Part shown: positions 25,892 through 37,762 of the stretch, in pieces
Layout: each line of letters starts with the position of its first letter
How positions within the stretch are numbered: the stretch's first letter is position 1
NCBI RefSeq assembly: GCF_000143415.4
Contig: NW_003314278.1
Location: 2,386,373 to 2,450,372 of the forward strand
Direction: 5' to 3'
DNA: 64,000 nucleotides
Source of the DNA: Selaginella moellendorffii
Lineage: Eukaryota > Plantae > Lycopodiophyta
The notes under the pieces: model-generated
What the model saw: the letters and a program-made list of their open reading frames with translations, nothing else
Told to the model about the DNA's origin: nothing
Database searches by the model: none
Program-made: the position numbers and the translations under genes

Positions 25892-27487
25892 ATGAAGGCG
25901 TGCAATGGCGATGGCGATGAAGAGAAGCGATCGCGCGGCCCAGAGTTTGAGCCGGGGCCGATCCCTCCCTTGACGCCCGTGGACAAATACGGCTTCCTGA
26001 AGTCGGAGAGCGCCGCCGATGGATCCAACCCGGCGCGCGCAGCGGATCGCGACAGGTAGCGAGCCTCTGTTTGGAGTTTGTTTGATGGCATTGTCGTGTT
26101 CTTGATGGATTGGTTCTTACACGTTTTCTTCTTTTGTTTCTTCCTTGTAGAGAGGATCGAAGGCTCACAAAATGGAGAAAGATGATAGGCACAGGTGGTG
26201 CCGACTGGAGGCACTACGTAAGAAGGAAGCCCAATGTGGTAAAGCGGCGCATCAGGAAAGGTATACCAGATCGGTTGCGAGGACTTGTCTGGCAGTTGAT
26301 TTCCGGGAGCCGGGACTTGCTGCTCATGAACCAAGGTGTTTATGAGGTAGCTATGCTTTCGTTTTTTCCTTCGTTTTTCTTGAGTAGATTCCTCGTTCCT
26401 CGTTCTGTTCTTGTCTTTCCTGCTTGATGTTTAAGCTTTTCTTCTGGTGCACTGCGACTACTTTTTTTTTTTTCCACTCACGGGGATTCGTTTTTTACGC
26501 AGCAACTTGTTCTGTACGAGACTTCGTCCTCGGAGCTGGACATTATACGGGACATATCTCGTACTTTTCCGTCGCATGTTTTCTTCCAGCAGCGGCACGG
26601 GCCTGGCCAGCGCTCGCTGTACAATGTCTTGAAGGCTTACTCCGTTTACGACAGAGATGTTGGCTATGTCCAGGTAAGAGCGACACTTTCTCACGTTTGG
26701 AAACAATGTTGTTAAGCTCCTCGATCATCCATGACCGCAGGGAATGGGTTTTTTAGCAGGCTTGCTGCTTTTGTACATGTGTGAGGAGGATGCGTTTTGG
26801 TTGCTTGTGGCGCTGTTGAAGGGCGCAGTTCATGCGCCAATGGAAGGCCTTTACTTGGTTTGTTTCATTGTTTGTTTGGACGTTCTACTGAGATCTAACT
26901 GCTTAACTCTAGGCTGGTTTGCCTTTGGTGCAACAGTATCTGTTTCAATTGGAACGGCTTGTCCGAGAGTATATCCCGAAACTTGGTGCTCATTTCGAAG
27001 AGGAAATGATAAACCCAAGCATGTACGCCAGCCAGTGGTTTATCACTGTTTTTTCTTATTCCTTTCCGTTCCCGCTAGCTCTTCGGATATGGGACGTTTT
27101 TCTGTACGAGGTTTGTATCTCTTTCTTGCTTATCTATTTTTTTCTGAAGAGTTGCGAGGCTGCTATTATGTTGCAGGGAGTGAAGATTGTGTTTCGAGTA
27201 GGACTAGCGCTTCTGAAATACTGTCAAGATGATCTGGTCAAGCTTCCCTTCGAGAAGCTTGTCCATGCTCTCAGAAATTTCCCGGAGGATGTTCTCCAAC
27301 CCAATCTTCTGCTACCGATGGCTTACTCGATCAAGGTACTCACAACAGCATTGCTCTCAACTTCTCACACGCCTTCGCATAACAGGTTTCGAAGAGGCTG
27401 GAGGAGCTAAGGCAGGAATACGAACGCATGACTAATTTTTCTAAACCAGTGGAAGGCGCGATTGTCAAGAGAAGTTTCAGACGTTGA
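25892..27487 (+). CDS. TBC-domain Rab GTPase-activating protein (EVI5-like), multi-exon
   Basis: RIRKGIPDRLRGLVWQ, IIRDISRTFP (IxxDxxR motif), GYVQGMGF and YASQWFITVF. Confidence 0.93.
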
Positions 27488-27601
27488 GAGCTTGAAACAG
27501 TGGAAAGTTTCAAGCCCCACTTCCTTTTCTCTTGGCTTCCATCTCCGAGGTCTCTGGATTTTAGTGGTAGGATCCTCTCGCGGCATTGGTAGCAAACTAT
27601 G

Positions 27602-29413
27602 TTACAGTCGACCGAGATTTCCAGTGTAAGTATCGGCAACCGAGACATAGGACGAACTATCATCTCTGTTAAGCTCCAGAAGCTTTCGTGCTATCTCTCC
27701 TCCAAACTCTACGTTCTCGAGAGTTTTACACGAGGCAAGCAGCGCTCCATAATCTGGAATTCGAGGAGTGTATGGCATCGTGCGGACGAGATTGGCCGCG
27801 CATTCCAAGTGTCCAGATCGGCCCAGAATGTCCAGCATGCCGCTGTAGTGCTCCCTCAGCGGTTGGATCCCATAGTCATTCTGGAACGAAATGACCACTT
27901 GCCGTGCGATCTCCACCATGCCTTGGTGCGTGCACGCCGTGAGGACGCTCGAGATGGAAACCTCATCTGGGATTCCGGCGGCCACTTGCATCTCCCGGAA
28001 GAGCTCGATCGCTTCCCTGCCGTGCCCGGAATGCGCAGCTGCCGCGATCGCAGTGTTCCAAGATCCCAAATCGCGCTGCGGCATTCGATCGAAGATCGGG
28101 ATCGCCAATTCTACGTCGCGAGTGAGCGAGGCGAGGAGGGTGTTCCAGGAATCGACATTGCGCTCCGGCATCTCGTGGAAGAGCGCCATCGCGCGGTGGG
28201 ATTGCAGGTTTTGCGTGTAGGCCGCCAGCATCGCATTCCAGGAGACGAGGCTGTGGCTGGGCATGGAATCAAACAGCGATTTGGCGTCGCCCAGGTAGCC
28301 GGATCGCGAGAATGCGACGAGCAGCGTCGTCCAGGAGACTGGATTCCTCTCCGGCATGCGATCAAACAGGAGCTTTGCTTGTTCCAGATGCCCGTTTTGG
28401 GCGTAGGCTTGCAGCATTCCCGTGGAGGAGACGACGTTTTGCTCCGGCATCGCGGAGAAGACCTTGGCGGCCTCTTCCACTCGCCCGGCTCGAGAGAATC
28501 CCACCAGGAGCGTCGTCCACGACACAATGTCCCACTCGCGCATCCTTTCGAAGAGATCGACTGCCCTGTTCATCGAATCCTTGAGAGTGTACGCTGCTAG
28601 CATCGTGTTGATGGAGACGAGGTTTCTCTCGGGCATGGAAGCGAAGAGTTCTTCCGCAAGCTCGAGATTGTTCGTCCTAGCAGCGACGATCTCACCGATA
28701 CCATCGTTGGATGTAGTAGCAAAAGCGTGAAGCAGGCCATTCCACACCACCAGCGACCATTCGGGCATCCGGTGGAGCAAAGTCACGGCCTCGACAAGAT
28801 CCCCAGCCCGGGCATTTGCGATCACGATAGCGGTCCATGAGATTATGTTTCGCTCTGGCATCAAATCGAAGATCTTTCTCGCGCCATGAAGATATTCGTT
28901 TTCAAGAAACGATCCGAGAATCGAATTGTACGTGACGGCATCCCACTCTGGCATTGAATCAAAGGTAAATTTTGCTTTATACAAATGCCCTTTTGCGTTA
29001 TATGCGTCGATCATAGTTGTCCAGGAGACTATGTTTCTATACGGCATAGCGTCAAATATTTGTTTCACTGTTTCTACTTGACCATAGTCCTTGTACGCTG
29101 TCATTATAGTCGTCCAGGATATCACTGTTTTACTTGGCATAGCATTAAAGAAAGCACTTGCTTCGTCCAAATGCCCTTTTGTGGCATATGCCGAAAGCAT
29201 GATATTCCAGGAGAAAGAATTGGGTGCGTGAATGGCATCGAAGACGCGACGAGCAGCCTCGACGCTGCCGCATCGCCCATACATTTGGACGATAAGATTG
29301 GAGATGTAAGCGTCTCGTTGGCAGTTAAATCTCCCCGACGCTTCGGTGTGGAGAATTTCGGCCTCGTCGGGAGAAACGCAAGCTCGAAGGCGCTGAGCGA
29401 AGGCCTCAACCAT
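27602..29413 (-). CDS. PLS-class PPR protein with E domain (no DYW)
   Basis: 603-aa intronless ORF with tandem 31-aa (F..MPERN.VSW) motifs and EHYSGMLDILGRSG. Confidence 0.93.
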   Translation of the reverse strand: MVEAFAQRLRACVSPDEAEILHTEASGRFNCQRDAYISNLIVQMYGRCGSVEAARRVFDAIHAPNSFSWNIMLSAYATKGHLDEASAFFNAMPSKTVISWTTIMTAYKDYGQVETVKQIFDAMPYRNIVSWTTMIDAYNAKGHLYKAKFTFDSMPEWDAVTYNSILGSFLENEYLHGARKIFDLMPERNIISWTAIVIANARAGDLVEAVTLLHRMPEWSLVVWNGLLHAFATTSNDGIGEIVAARTNNLELAEELFASMPERNLVSINTMLAAYTLKDSMNRAVDLFERMREWDIVSWTTLLVGFSRAGRVEEAAKVFSAMPEQNVVSSTGMLQAYAQNGHLEQAKLLFDRMPERNPVSWTTLLVAFSRSGYLGDAKSLFDSMPSHSLVSWNAMLAAYTQNLQSHRAMALFHEMPERNVDSWNTLLASLTRDVELAIPIFDRMPQRDLGSWNTAIAAAAHSGHGREAIELFREMQVAAGIPDEVSISSVLTACTHQGMVEIARQVVISFQNDYGIQPLREHYSGMLDILGRSGHLECAANLVRTMPYTPRIPDYGALLASCKTLENVEFGGEIARKLLELNRDDSSSYVSVADTYTGNLGRL

Positions 29414-29487
29414 GAAATTGGGATCTCACATTGCCTACATTTGCCGCTAGAACCATTAGAGACGAGGTTTTAGGGTTTTTTGTAGCA

Positions 29488-32400
29488 ATGAAGGAGATAG
29501 GCGCCATGAAGGCGCTGGCGTGGTACCGGGAGCTCGACATGGATTATCGATCCTTGAAAACAGGTCTGATCGATTTCTTTCTCTTCCCACCGCAGCATTC
29601 GACTCCTTCGATCTCTCTCTCAGGTGGACAATGCGAGGCGATCATGAATCTAGCCCCGCGGCTGCTGCAGTGGAGCCTGGAGCCCCCGGCTAACCAGGCC
29701 GCCGCCGATCACTTTGGGCTGGATCCCGGCCAGGACCTAGCGTCCGCCAACGCGATCTTCTCGCGGCTCGCGGACTCTTTCAAGAATGGCAGCAATGTCA
29801 TCCGGCTGTGCATTCTCAAGGTACTTCTCTATGTGTACAGAGGCCACAGGAAGGCCAGGACGTCGACTAAGTCCTTGCTTAGCGGTGAAAGGATCTCCGA
29901 CTACGTCGAGGTGTTGAAGAAGGTGAAGACCGTTGCTAGGAGCACCGATCTCACAGCTCGGTGTCTCGCCATCCGGGCTCTTGGATGCTTGGCTCAGCTC
30001 GACTGTGATAGCAGTGACTTGCATCGGCTTGTTCTACTGTCGATGGACTCCACTCACGAGCAGGAGGTAGTACGTTTGATTTGATCCTGCTGCTGTGAAA
30101 ACTTGGTTCCTTGGTTTTTTAATTTGTAGGTGGAGGCTGCATTCTTTGCCGCGGGGTGTTTCTCCGAGAACTCGCCATCTTTTGCTGCTATGTGCTCCAG
30201 AAAGCTGAAGGATGTATTGGAAACATCAACTAGCCTCGACTTTGCGGCAATTCGTGTTTTGTCCAAAATGTGGATATCATCTGCAGTGGCGGCTGACGTT
30301 CACAAGGCAAGAGTTTGTTTGTTCTGTTTTTTCTTGTGGAATTGCTAATTTTTTTGTGTGCTTGTTTAAACTAGTTTGGAGAAGAGATGCTGCTTAAGCA
30401 TCCCAACGACGAGGTTGCAAAGGTGACGCTAGCTGCTCTGAGCAACCTCGCCGGGAAGGCGAAATTATTACTTCCATCTCACGTTCGTCTGCTACTGGAG
30501 TATGCCAATTCGGATCGTGGAGCGTCTGTCCAGATGCTTTCGCTGGTTTATCTGACCAAGTTATTACCTCAATCGATATATTACTTGGAATCTGTGGAGC
30601 AGGAGCTTGTGCCGCTCTTTACAGTGGTCAAAGATACGAACAAGCCTTCCGTGATACGCTGCCAAGCTTTGCGTCTTCTTCAAAAGGTAACCAGCCTCTC
30701 GGCCTTCCTCCTGGTCTTTCTGTTATTGAATTTCTCCTGTGTGCAAGGTGGCAACGAATTATCCTATAGAATGTTTGAGCCAATTCATTTCTCTCGGGGA
30801 AGTGAATTCTCAAGACGGACAGTGGTCTGTCAGTTTTCAAGCGCTCCGCCTGCTCGTAGAGCTTGTTTGCAAGCTTGAGCGCTCCAGACAACCATCGGAC
30901 TCGGAAGTTACTGAACTCTTGAAGAAGATATCTTCGCTACTTTGCCATCGTCTTATCACGTCTCCTGATGGTGCTGCCGTTCATTGCTACCGTTTGACTC
31001 TGAGACTGGTCGTAAACTCTACGAAAGCCTGCTATATTCTTGTGGAATCTCTTGCTCAGAAGCTTCAGTCCACTATCACGAAGGACGAAGAACAAAACGA
31101 CGTCTCCGGCGATACTGTCATGCGTGACGCGACCGACGATTCATCAAATATAACTCTACTGGAGCCTACTTGTCGCTGCTTACTTATCTGTGCGACAAAC
31201 CTGGATTTGAACGACTCGAAGATGACCACCATTTGCGAGCGGGTCACACGGGTTTCTCAGCTCCTGAGCTCTTCCGGTGCTTACGATAAAGCCTACATGG
31301 GCCTACTTCCAGCGGTTTTCAAAGTATCTCTGCTTGAAGGTTTAGATACTCCAGAGTACGCGCAACAAGCTGCCGAGGCATTGGTGCAGTCATCGAAGTT
31401 CTGGCCTGCATATAAACTTGCAAAGACCGCCTGCATCTTTGGACAGTGGGACATCGCCGAAGGCATTTACCGAGTTATCTGCGATGTAGTCACGTCCGAG
31501 GCGTGCTATTTCTGGCTCAAGGCTCTTTTACAGCTATGCTCCGCTGAAAAGCTCTGGTCTAAAACAGCAGGAGACGCAGGAAACGCGACATTTGTGGAAA
31601 CAGGTTGTCAATCTCTACAGATGCTAAAATCATCGGTAAAATCATTGGAAGCCGGAGTTCAGCTGGACAGGTCTATAGAGTTTGAGTTTCAACGTCGGTT
31701 TGTGAGGCTTCGAATCCGACTATTGCAAATCATGATGGAAGCTGTCGCGCTTTGCAACTCGGTTCTTCAACATCAGCGTGTACATGGCGGGGATCTTACT
31801 GCCAAGGGACTTCTTTTGACCTGTTACGGAAAGGCGCAGCTGATTGCGTCAGACTTTCAGGCTCTCGCTGGGGATTTCTACATCTTAAGTATTTCCTTCA
31901 TCGGCATTGACAACGGCAGCCTGGAACTTTTATACGCCAGGATGTTTGAATCCTCTCTCCTGGCGTTTTGTACAGCTTTTGCGTTTCTACCATGGCCCAG
32001 AGACACTTGCAACGGTTTGAAACGCTCGAGGACGACGGCTTTCAGTTTCACTTACAAGGCGGACGTGTTTGAAGAAGTTGCCCACTTTATCCAGGGACGT
32101 ACTATGCTGCAGCAGTTCTACGACGTGCTGGGACGCATCGCTGTTGGAGATTTACGCTACAGACGCAACGTTCCTTGGTTTAAAACACAACCAGCTACGC
32201 AGGTTGTAAAGAGTGTGTGGAAGCAGGCCTTGCATCTGAAGTTCTCCGAGTCGAACGGGGCTACGTGGACTCAGGAGAAAGGGATTCCATTCTTAAACGA
32301 AGCTATGCGTCAGCTGTTCCGTGAGGAATATGTGCTGCCTAGATACTTCTTCAACTCGAGGTAAGCAGATATTCTACAATACTTTCTTATTAACTGAATG

Positions 32401-32860
32401 TTCCTCTGCTTCCAGGCCTCGAACGCAGCTGCGGTTGCATGCCCATACAAAAGAGCGTTATTTTAGTGTTCCCAGGGGCTCGCCTCTCTCTTTAAGTCTC
32501 GGCCTGGAGGTAATTAATCTACCAGCAGGTTTTGCGCTGAAGAGGTTGTCTTGCATCCTCGCGCTTTCCGGTTCTACGCAGCATGTCTCGAATTTTACTC
32601 GTGACACCAAAGACCATGTCCTTCTGAAATGGCTGGCTGGTCGAGACAACGTGTCAGAGTCAGAGAATACTTTAGCGTTCATTTCTTCGTCTCTGGAAGG
32701 CGAGCAGACCCAGGGGTTGTGTTCGTGTACTATAGATGTCTCGAATCTTTCGCCAGGAGTTTACCAAGTATCATCACGCTTATGCGTCTGCACAGACAAA
32801 AGAGGTGTACAGTGGATGCTGAAGGGACCGCGCTTCGATCAAAAGTTAAAAGTTGTATAG
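29488..32860 (+). CDS. INTS7: Integrator complex subunit 7 (DSP1/EMB1895-like), multi-exon
   Basis: The N-terminus LLQWSLEP...FGLDPGQDLASANAIFSRLADSF...IRLCILKV resembles plant INTS7. ARM-like body and LPRYFF near the C-terminus. Confidence 0.82.
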
Positions 32861-33006
32861 CTACAAGGTACTTCTTATGAATTATAATAACTCGTCTCAT
32901 TGTTCTTGTTCGATTTTCAGCGCCAACGTTTTGCAGTCGAAAGCAAAAATACGAGTTTTCACTGAAGAGAGCTGATTGTTCTCATTTTCAAATGACGCGC
33001 TTCCAG

Positions 33007-34242
33007 CTATTTTGATTCTTCAGGTAAATTTTCCTGGCTCATCGTCATCTCTGGGATCTCACTGGCTAGTCCCCAGAGGTAGGCCACTGATCCAACGTAT
33101 GGAACATAGCTTAGCAGACTCACCATCTTTCGCATTCGCAGGCCTTCAACCTTCTTCAAGTTGCTCTGAACGAGCCAGACTTGGAATATCGAATAAAGGA
33201 AGACGTCCCACAGAAAAGCATATGCAACACGGTCTGTTCCTATATAATGGAGAAAATAGTTCCAGCGATCAACGATGTTCCCAAATCCTGCGTCAGGTCT
33301 GCCTCCCAAGCCCCAAGCTATCGATAGTGCACCAACTATTCCACCGACTAAAGCGATTGGTTTTGCAGCAGAGAGTGCTGCTTGGCAAAACTTGCTTGGT
33401 GATTGGGACTTCGTAGGAACCTGTTCGTTCAACCGAATAGCCATGTAAGGTATGAGAAAGGCTGCAGTCATGTCTTTCATAGTTAGTGCTTTTGTCACGC
33501 GAAGCTCGTTTTTACCGTTCGTCAGAAACCACTGTCCCGCCCAGAGTGCTTCCAAGGACCCTTTGAACCGGTTGTTTCGAGCGTCAGAAAAGATAATGGG
33601 TCCGAAGAGCAGAGTCCATCCCATAACGATGTTGAAGAGCGCCTCGGCAGCCTATGGTTCCAAAATGTATGGTGGTGAGTAAATGTATGGTGGCTTTGTG
33701 AGGATGTACTCACCGGGTGAACCACAGGAGCGGTTACTACGTGAAATCCAGCTGAAGAAGAGAACTGAACGTCAGAGATAAAATTGTGCCACACACACCA
33801 GCATTGGCGATAGGTAGTACAAAGAAGAAGTTTAGTGATAGTTGGAAAAGCATTGACAACGTTTCTTGGTCAATTGCCCATGCAGGATCTCCCTGGCAGC
33901 AAGAAGCTCAAAAAATCAAAGAAGAAGGCAAAAGAGCCGAGCTCTCACTGGTGCATATGGGAGAATGAACAGCCAGACAGCGTAGAAGCCAGTCATACTC
34001 CATAAAACGAGCCGGAGCGCGGCATTGCTGACGAATCCTTCGTCCGGCGCTCGCCTAGCTTTGCAGACTACATTTCTTTCGACTGGACCGTCTCGACGGT
34101 AGGCTTTCGCAATTCTGCAGCTTACTAACCTGTGATCTCTTGTGTGAAGCCACAGAAGTGCTTGGTGTCGTGGAATAACGCACTGCTTGTAACGTAAGCC
34201 CGAGCTCGGAGCTGCGGAAAGTATGACGCTCGCCATAACCAT
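33007..34242 (-). CDS. Conserved plant membrane protein, probably plastid-targeted (At2g04360-like)
   Basis: WLFILPYAPGDP, LSLNFFF, APVVHP, EALFNIVMGW and FLIPYMAIRLN; transit-peptide-like N-terminus. Confidence 0.75.
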
Positions 34243-34299
34243 TTATAAAATGCTTTGTGTAGGGTTCCTTTGCCGCAGGGGGAGAGCTTTCATCAAGCG

Positions 34300-35116
34300 A
34301 TGAAACCACCACGAGCAATCTTGCTCGTGGCTGTGCTGGGCGCCATAGCTCATCTCATTAGAGGTACTCTTTCTTTTGCGCCATTTTAGTTGACTCTAGC
34401 GCTTGTGTGGCCACCAGGAAACGAAGTTGTGAAGTTTGCTAGAACGCTTGAGGGGAGTGGGTCGCACCGGGAGCTCAAAACCGATATCAGCCTGCAACTG
34501 GATAACAAGTTCCAGGGAGACTCGTGCAGGCTCTCCTTGGTAGAAAATCTCCCAAGCTCCGTTTTTGCCGATACGTTCCAACTCCAGCGCTTAACTCGGA
34601 TGGGAAGTAAGTAACTCGTGTATGAAATCCTCCCCGAAGTGATGCAAAAGATGTGTTTTTGCAGGATATGAAGCAGCCCATGTATCCGGTGATCTCGATC
34701 TGGAGAGGCCAGCGTTTTTCTCTGGACCAGTCACCGTGAGAATACAAGTCTCGCTGGATCAAAACGCGAACGTCTTCCATGCCGAGACTTCACTCCCTTT
34801 ACACGCTCGTTATGCGGTACAGTTACATCTTTAATGTGCTACTAACCGAGTGTTTGTTCGTTCCTGGCAGCCGCTAGGCATTGACAGCTACCACCTCGTA
34901 AACTTGAGCTCTCCATCCGTGGCCGTGAGCTGCAAGAAGAATGCGGAAGAACTCCAACTCGAGCTCGCTGCAAGCGAAGAAGTCCAATGGCCAATTCCAG
35001 CAGGGAACCCCAACGACGCCAGCACTGTGAATCGATTCACGGCGCTGGCCGCCGCTGCAGGGACGCTGGTCCTTTGCAGCATCTCAGTCATGAAGAAGAG
35101 GTGTCCTTGGTGTTGA
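34300..35116 (+). CDS. PIG-X: GPI mannosyltransferase I subunit PIG-X/PBN1
   Basis: Signal peptide; GSGSHREL, ENLPSSVFADTFQL, DLERPA and PLHARYA; C-terminal TM segment. Confidence 0.85.
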
Positions 35117-35210
35117 TTTCTCCTCTCTCTCTCTCGCTCGCGCGGAAAGTAAATGTTATCTTTTTTGGCACACACCTCACCACCTCGAAAGTAGGGTAGT
35201 AATTCTAGAA

Positions 35211-36291
35211 ATGGCTGACGAGAGGGAGAAGGTGTGGTTCGTCCGCGTCATACACAAGCCCGTCCGCTTCTCACACCTGGTATGTTCTAGCTTCCGCATG
35301 AATCATAGCGAAAACTCCAAACTTTTCTTGATTCTCTAGTCGGTTCCAAGGCGGCTCGCGAAGGATCAGCTCAAGAAGTTGTGCAACACCACCGTGTTCC
35401 TCCAGGACGAGCGCGGCCAGGAGTGGCCAATCGCCACCAACGAGCACGCCTACTTCTGCTCGGGCTGGAACCGCCTCGCACGCGACAAGAGCCTCAAGGG
35501 AGGCGAGGTCATCCTCTTCATGCACGAAGGCCGCGGCCGCCTCCGCTTCAAGATCTTCGCCGCCGATGGAGCGGACCGCCAGGACTTCGGGACCGAGAGG
35601 TTCTGCGGGAGGCCACCCCGGATTGGAGGCCGAAAGATCGTCCGGAAGCCCAGGATCGTCAAGAAACCAGCGCCGAAGCTGGCGGTGCCGGTTTGCGTCC
35701 AGGCGGTGGTGAAAGAAGAAGTAGAGGAGAGTGGAATGCTCGGTGATGCAGAGGCAGCAGTAGTAGCTATGGCGGAAGAACAATCTCCAGACGATCACGA
35801 GCCGGCAGTAGCTATGGCTGTAGAACCATCTCCAGAGCTCCCCCATCAGCGTGAAAGCTCCCCTCCTTTTCTCGAGCGGAACTTGAGGAGCCGGCCGCCG
35901 CTGGTGAGATCGAAGCTCCACCTCCACCGCCTCGCCATGGACGCGGCGCTGGCGTACAAATCTGACAAGCCAACGTTTATAGTCAAGATACAAGGCGACG
36001 AGACGGTTCTGGTAAGAGACAACGTTTACCTCGCAAGATGACTGGATGACTTTTTTTTTCCAGAGTGTGAGGAGGGAGTTTGCCGAAAGATATCTTCCTC
36101 GCAAGCCCGCCACGACCAGCGTGGTGGACGGGGAATCGACGCTGTGGACGGTCAAGTGGCTGGGAATTCGAGCGTGCGTCCTGGGTGCCGGGTGGCCAGA
36201 GTTTGCGAAGCATCACGTCCTGAAGAAGCTGGACATATGTCTGTTCGAACTCATCACCCAGAGAGCCTTCCAAGTTCGGATCTACAGGTAG
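35211..36291 (+). CDS. B3-domain (REM-like) transcription factor with two B3 domains
   Basis: B3-1: LQDERGQEW...SGWNRLARDKSLKGGEVILF. B3-2: WTVKW...GWPEFAKHHVLKKLDICLFEL. Confidence 0.85.
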
Positions 36292-36467
36292 AAAAACCAA
36301 AGCGACAAGCATCAAAATGCCACTGGCTTTAGGAATGCCAGGCTTTATAGATATGGTTTCTCTTGCATCACAATCACAGTACCTGTATCTCACAAAACCG
36401 AAACTTTGCGTTTCTTCTGCCTCAGTCCGAGGACCGTGCACACGCGAGAATTGTTGCTGGCATGGCG

Positions 36468-37683
36468 TCAAACCTTTTGCTTCTTGACCTGGAACAAAAG
36501 CTTAGACACAATGCCAAGGCTTCATGTTTTTCTAGACATACCTTTCGTTGTTTCTTCCGATCGGTCTCTTTGATTTCATCCGTCTCGACGACTTCCTCTT
36601 CCTCATCGCGTGTCAATGCGCCTGAAAAGTGCACACCACCCATGAGATTCATCACAAGAAAACCAACGAAGAGCTCGCTTACCAACACCAGCACTGAAGC
36701 CGACAACGCAGGTGAGACGAGCTCGTGTATCGGCTTGCATTAGCGGCACTGGCTTCCCATCATCTTCTGCCTGTGACACCACTCGCAAATCCCACACCTT
36801 CACGGTCCCGTCCGACGAGGCCGAAACCAAAAGCTGGGAATCGCTCAGCCTGTCCACTCCCTTGACACGGCTCGCGTGAGCAGCGGCGATTCTATGCGCG
36901 GTTTTCCCAGACCGAAAGTCCCACACACTCACGCTGCAGTCTTCTCCTCCTGTGCACAAAAGCTCATCCTGATCAAAAGTCCCAGTCACTAGTTGCTAAA
37001 GAGAAAAAAGAAGAACAAAGAGTTCTATCAAGACTTACGTGAAATGGAGCCATGCACAGCACAGGTTTGTCATGATCCAGGGTCTGGAAAACCTTCCCAT
37101 CCTCGGCATTGTGAATCTCCACAGCACTGCCGCACGCCATCGCGTAGCTATGCTCCTTCTCGGGCAAGAAACTCACGAGCGAAGCCTCCCTCGCGACCTT
37201 AGTCTTGAAGCTACACCTCCCCCTGAGCAAGTTCCACATTCGAAAGCCACCGTGTCGCTCCACCGAGATCGCCAGCTTCCCGGAGGAATGAATTGAGAGA
37301 TCCAGAATCCCCGCATTGCCCCCTTTCATCGTCTTGAAGTGGATCCAGCTGCCGGCATCCCACACGCAAATGGTCCCATCCTCGGATGCGCTAAACAAGT
37401 GCGATGCCTTCCCGGTGGCGTCGGTGCCGAAGAACTCGAGCGCCGTCACAGACGCCCTGTGCCCCTCCGCCACGCCCACGTCGCGATTGGCGGCGACGTC
37501 GAAGATGTGGATCGTGTCATCCGAGCCGCCAGTGACGAGATCGCCGCCCCATCCCGCGGCGCATTTGATCGGCCCTAGATGCGATGGCCGCGAGAAGGAT
37601 TGAGAGAGCTCGCCGGTGGCAAGGTCCGCGTCCCATGCCCAGACGAAGCGCTCGTACGAGCCCGCTACGATCTTCTTCTTCAT
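36468..37683 (-). CDS. PAK1IP1: WD40 60S biogenesis factor PAK1IP1/MAK11-like
   Basis: IVAGSYERF, TGGSDDTIHIFD, MWNLLRGR and ARLTC; basic C-terminal exon. Confidence 0.88.
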
Positions 37684-37687
37684 TCTC

Positions 37688-37709
37688 TAAACCCTACTAA
37701 AACCCTAAA
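37688..37709. promoter_or_regulatory. Telo-box motifs in a bidirectional promoter
   Basis: AAACCCTAC and AAACCCTAA just upstream of PAK1IP1. Similar motifs occur at about 29470 and 46727. Confidence 0.5.
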
Positions 37710-37762
37710 CGCATCTCGTCGCATATTCTACTATTCAAACGAAAATGTTCAGTCGATTCTAA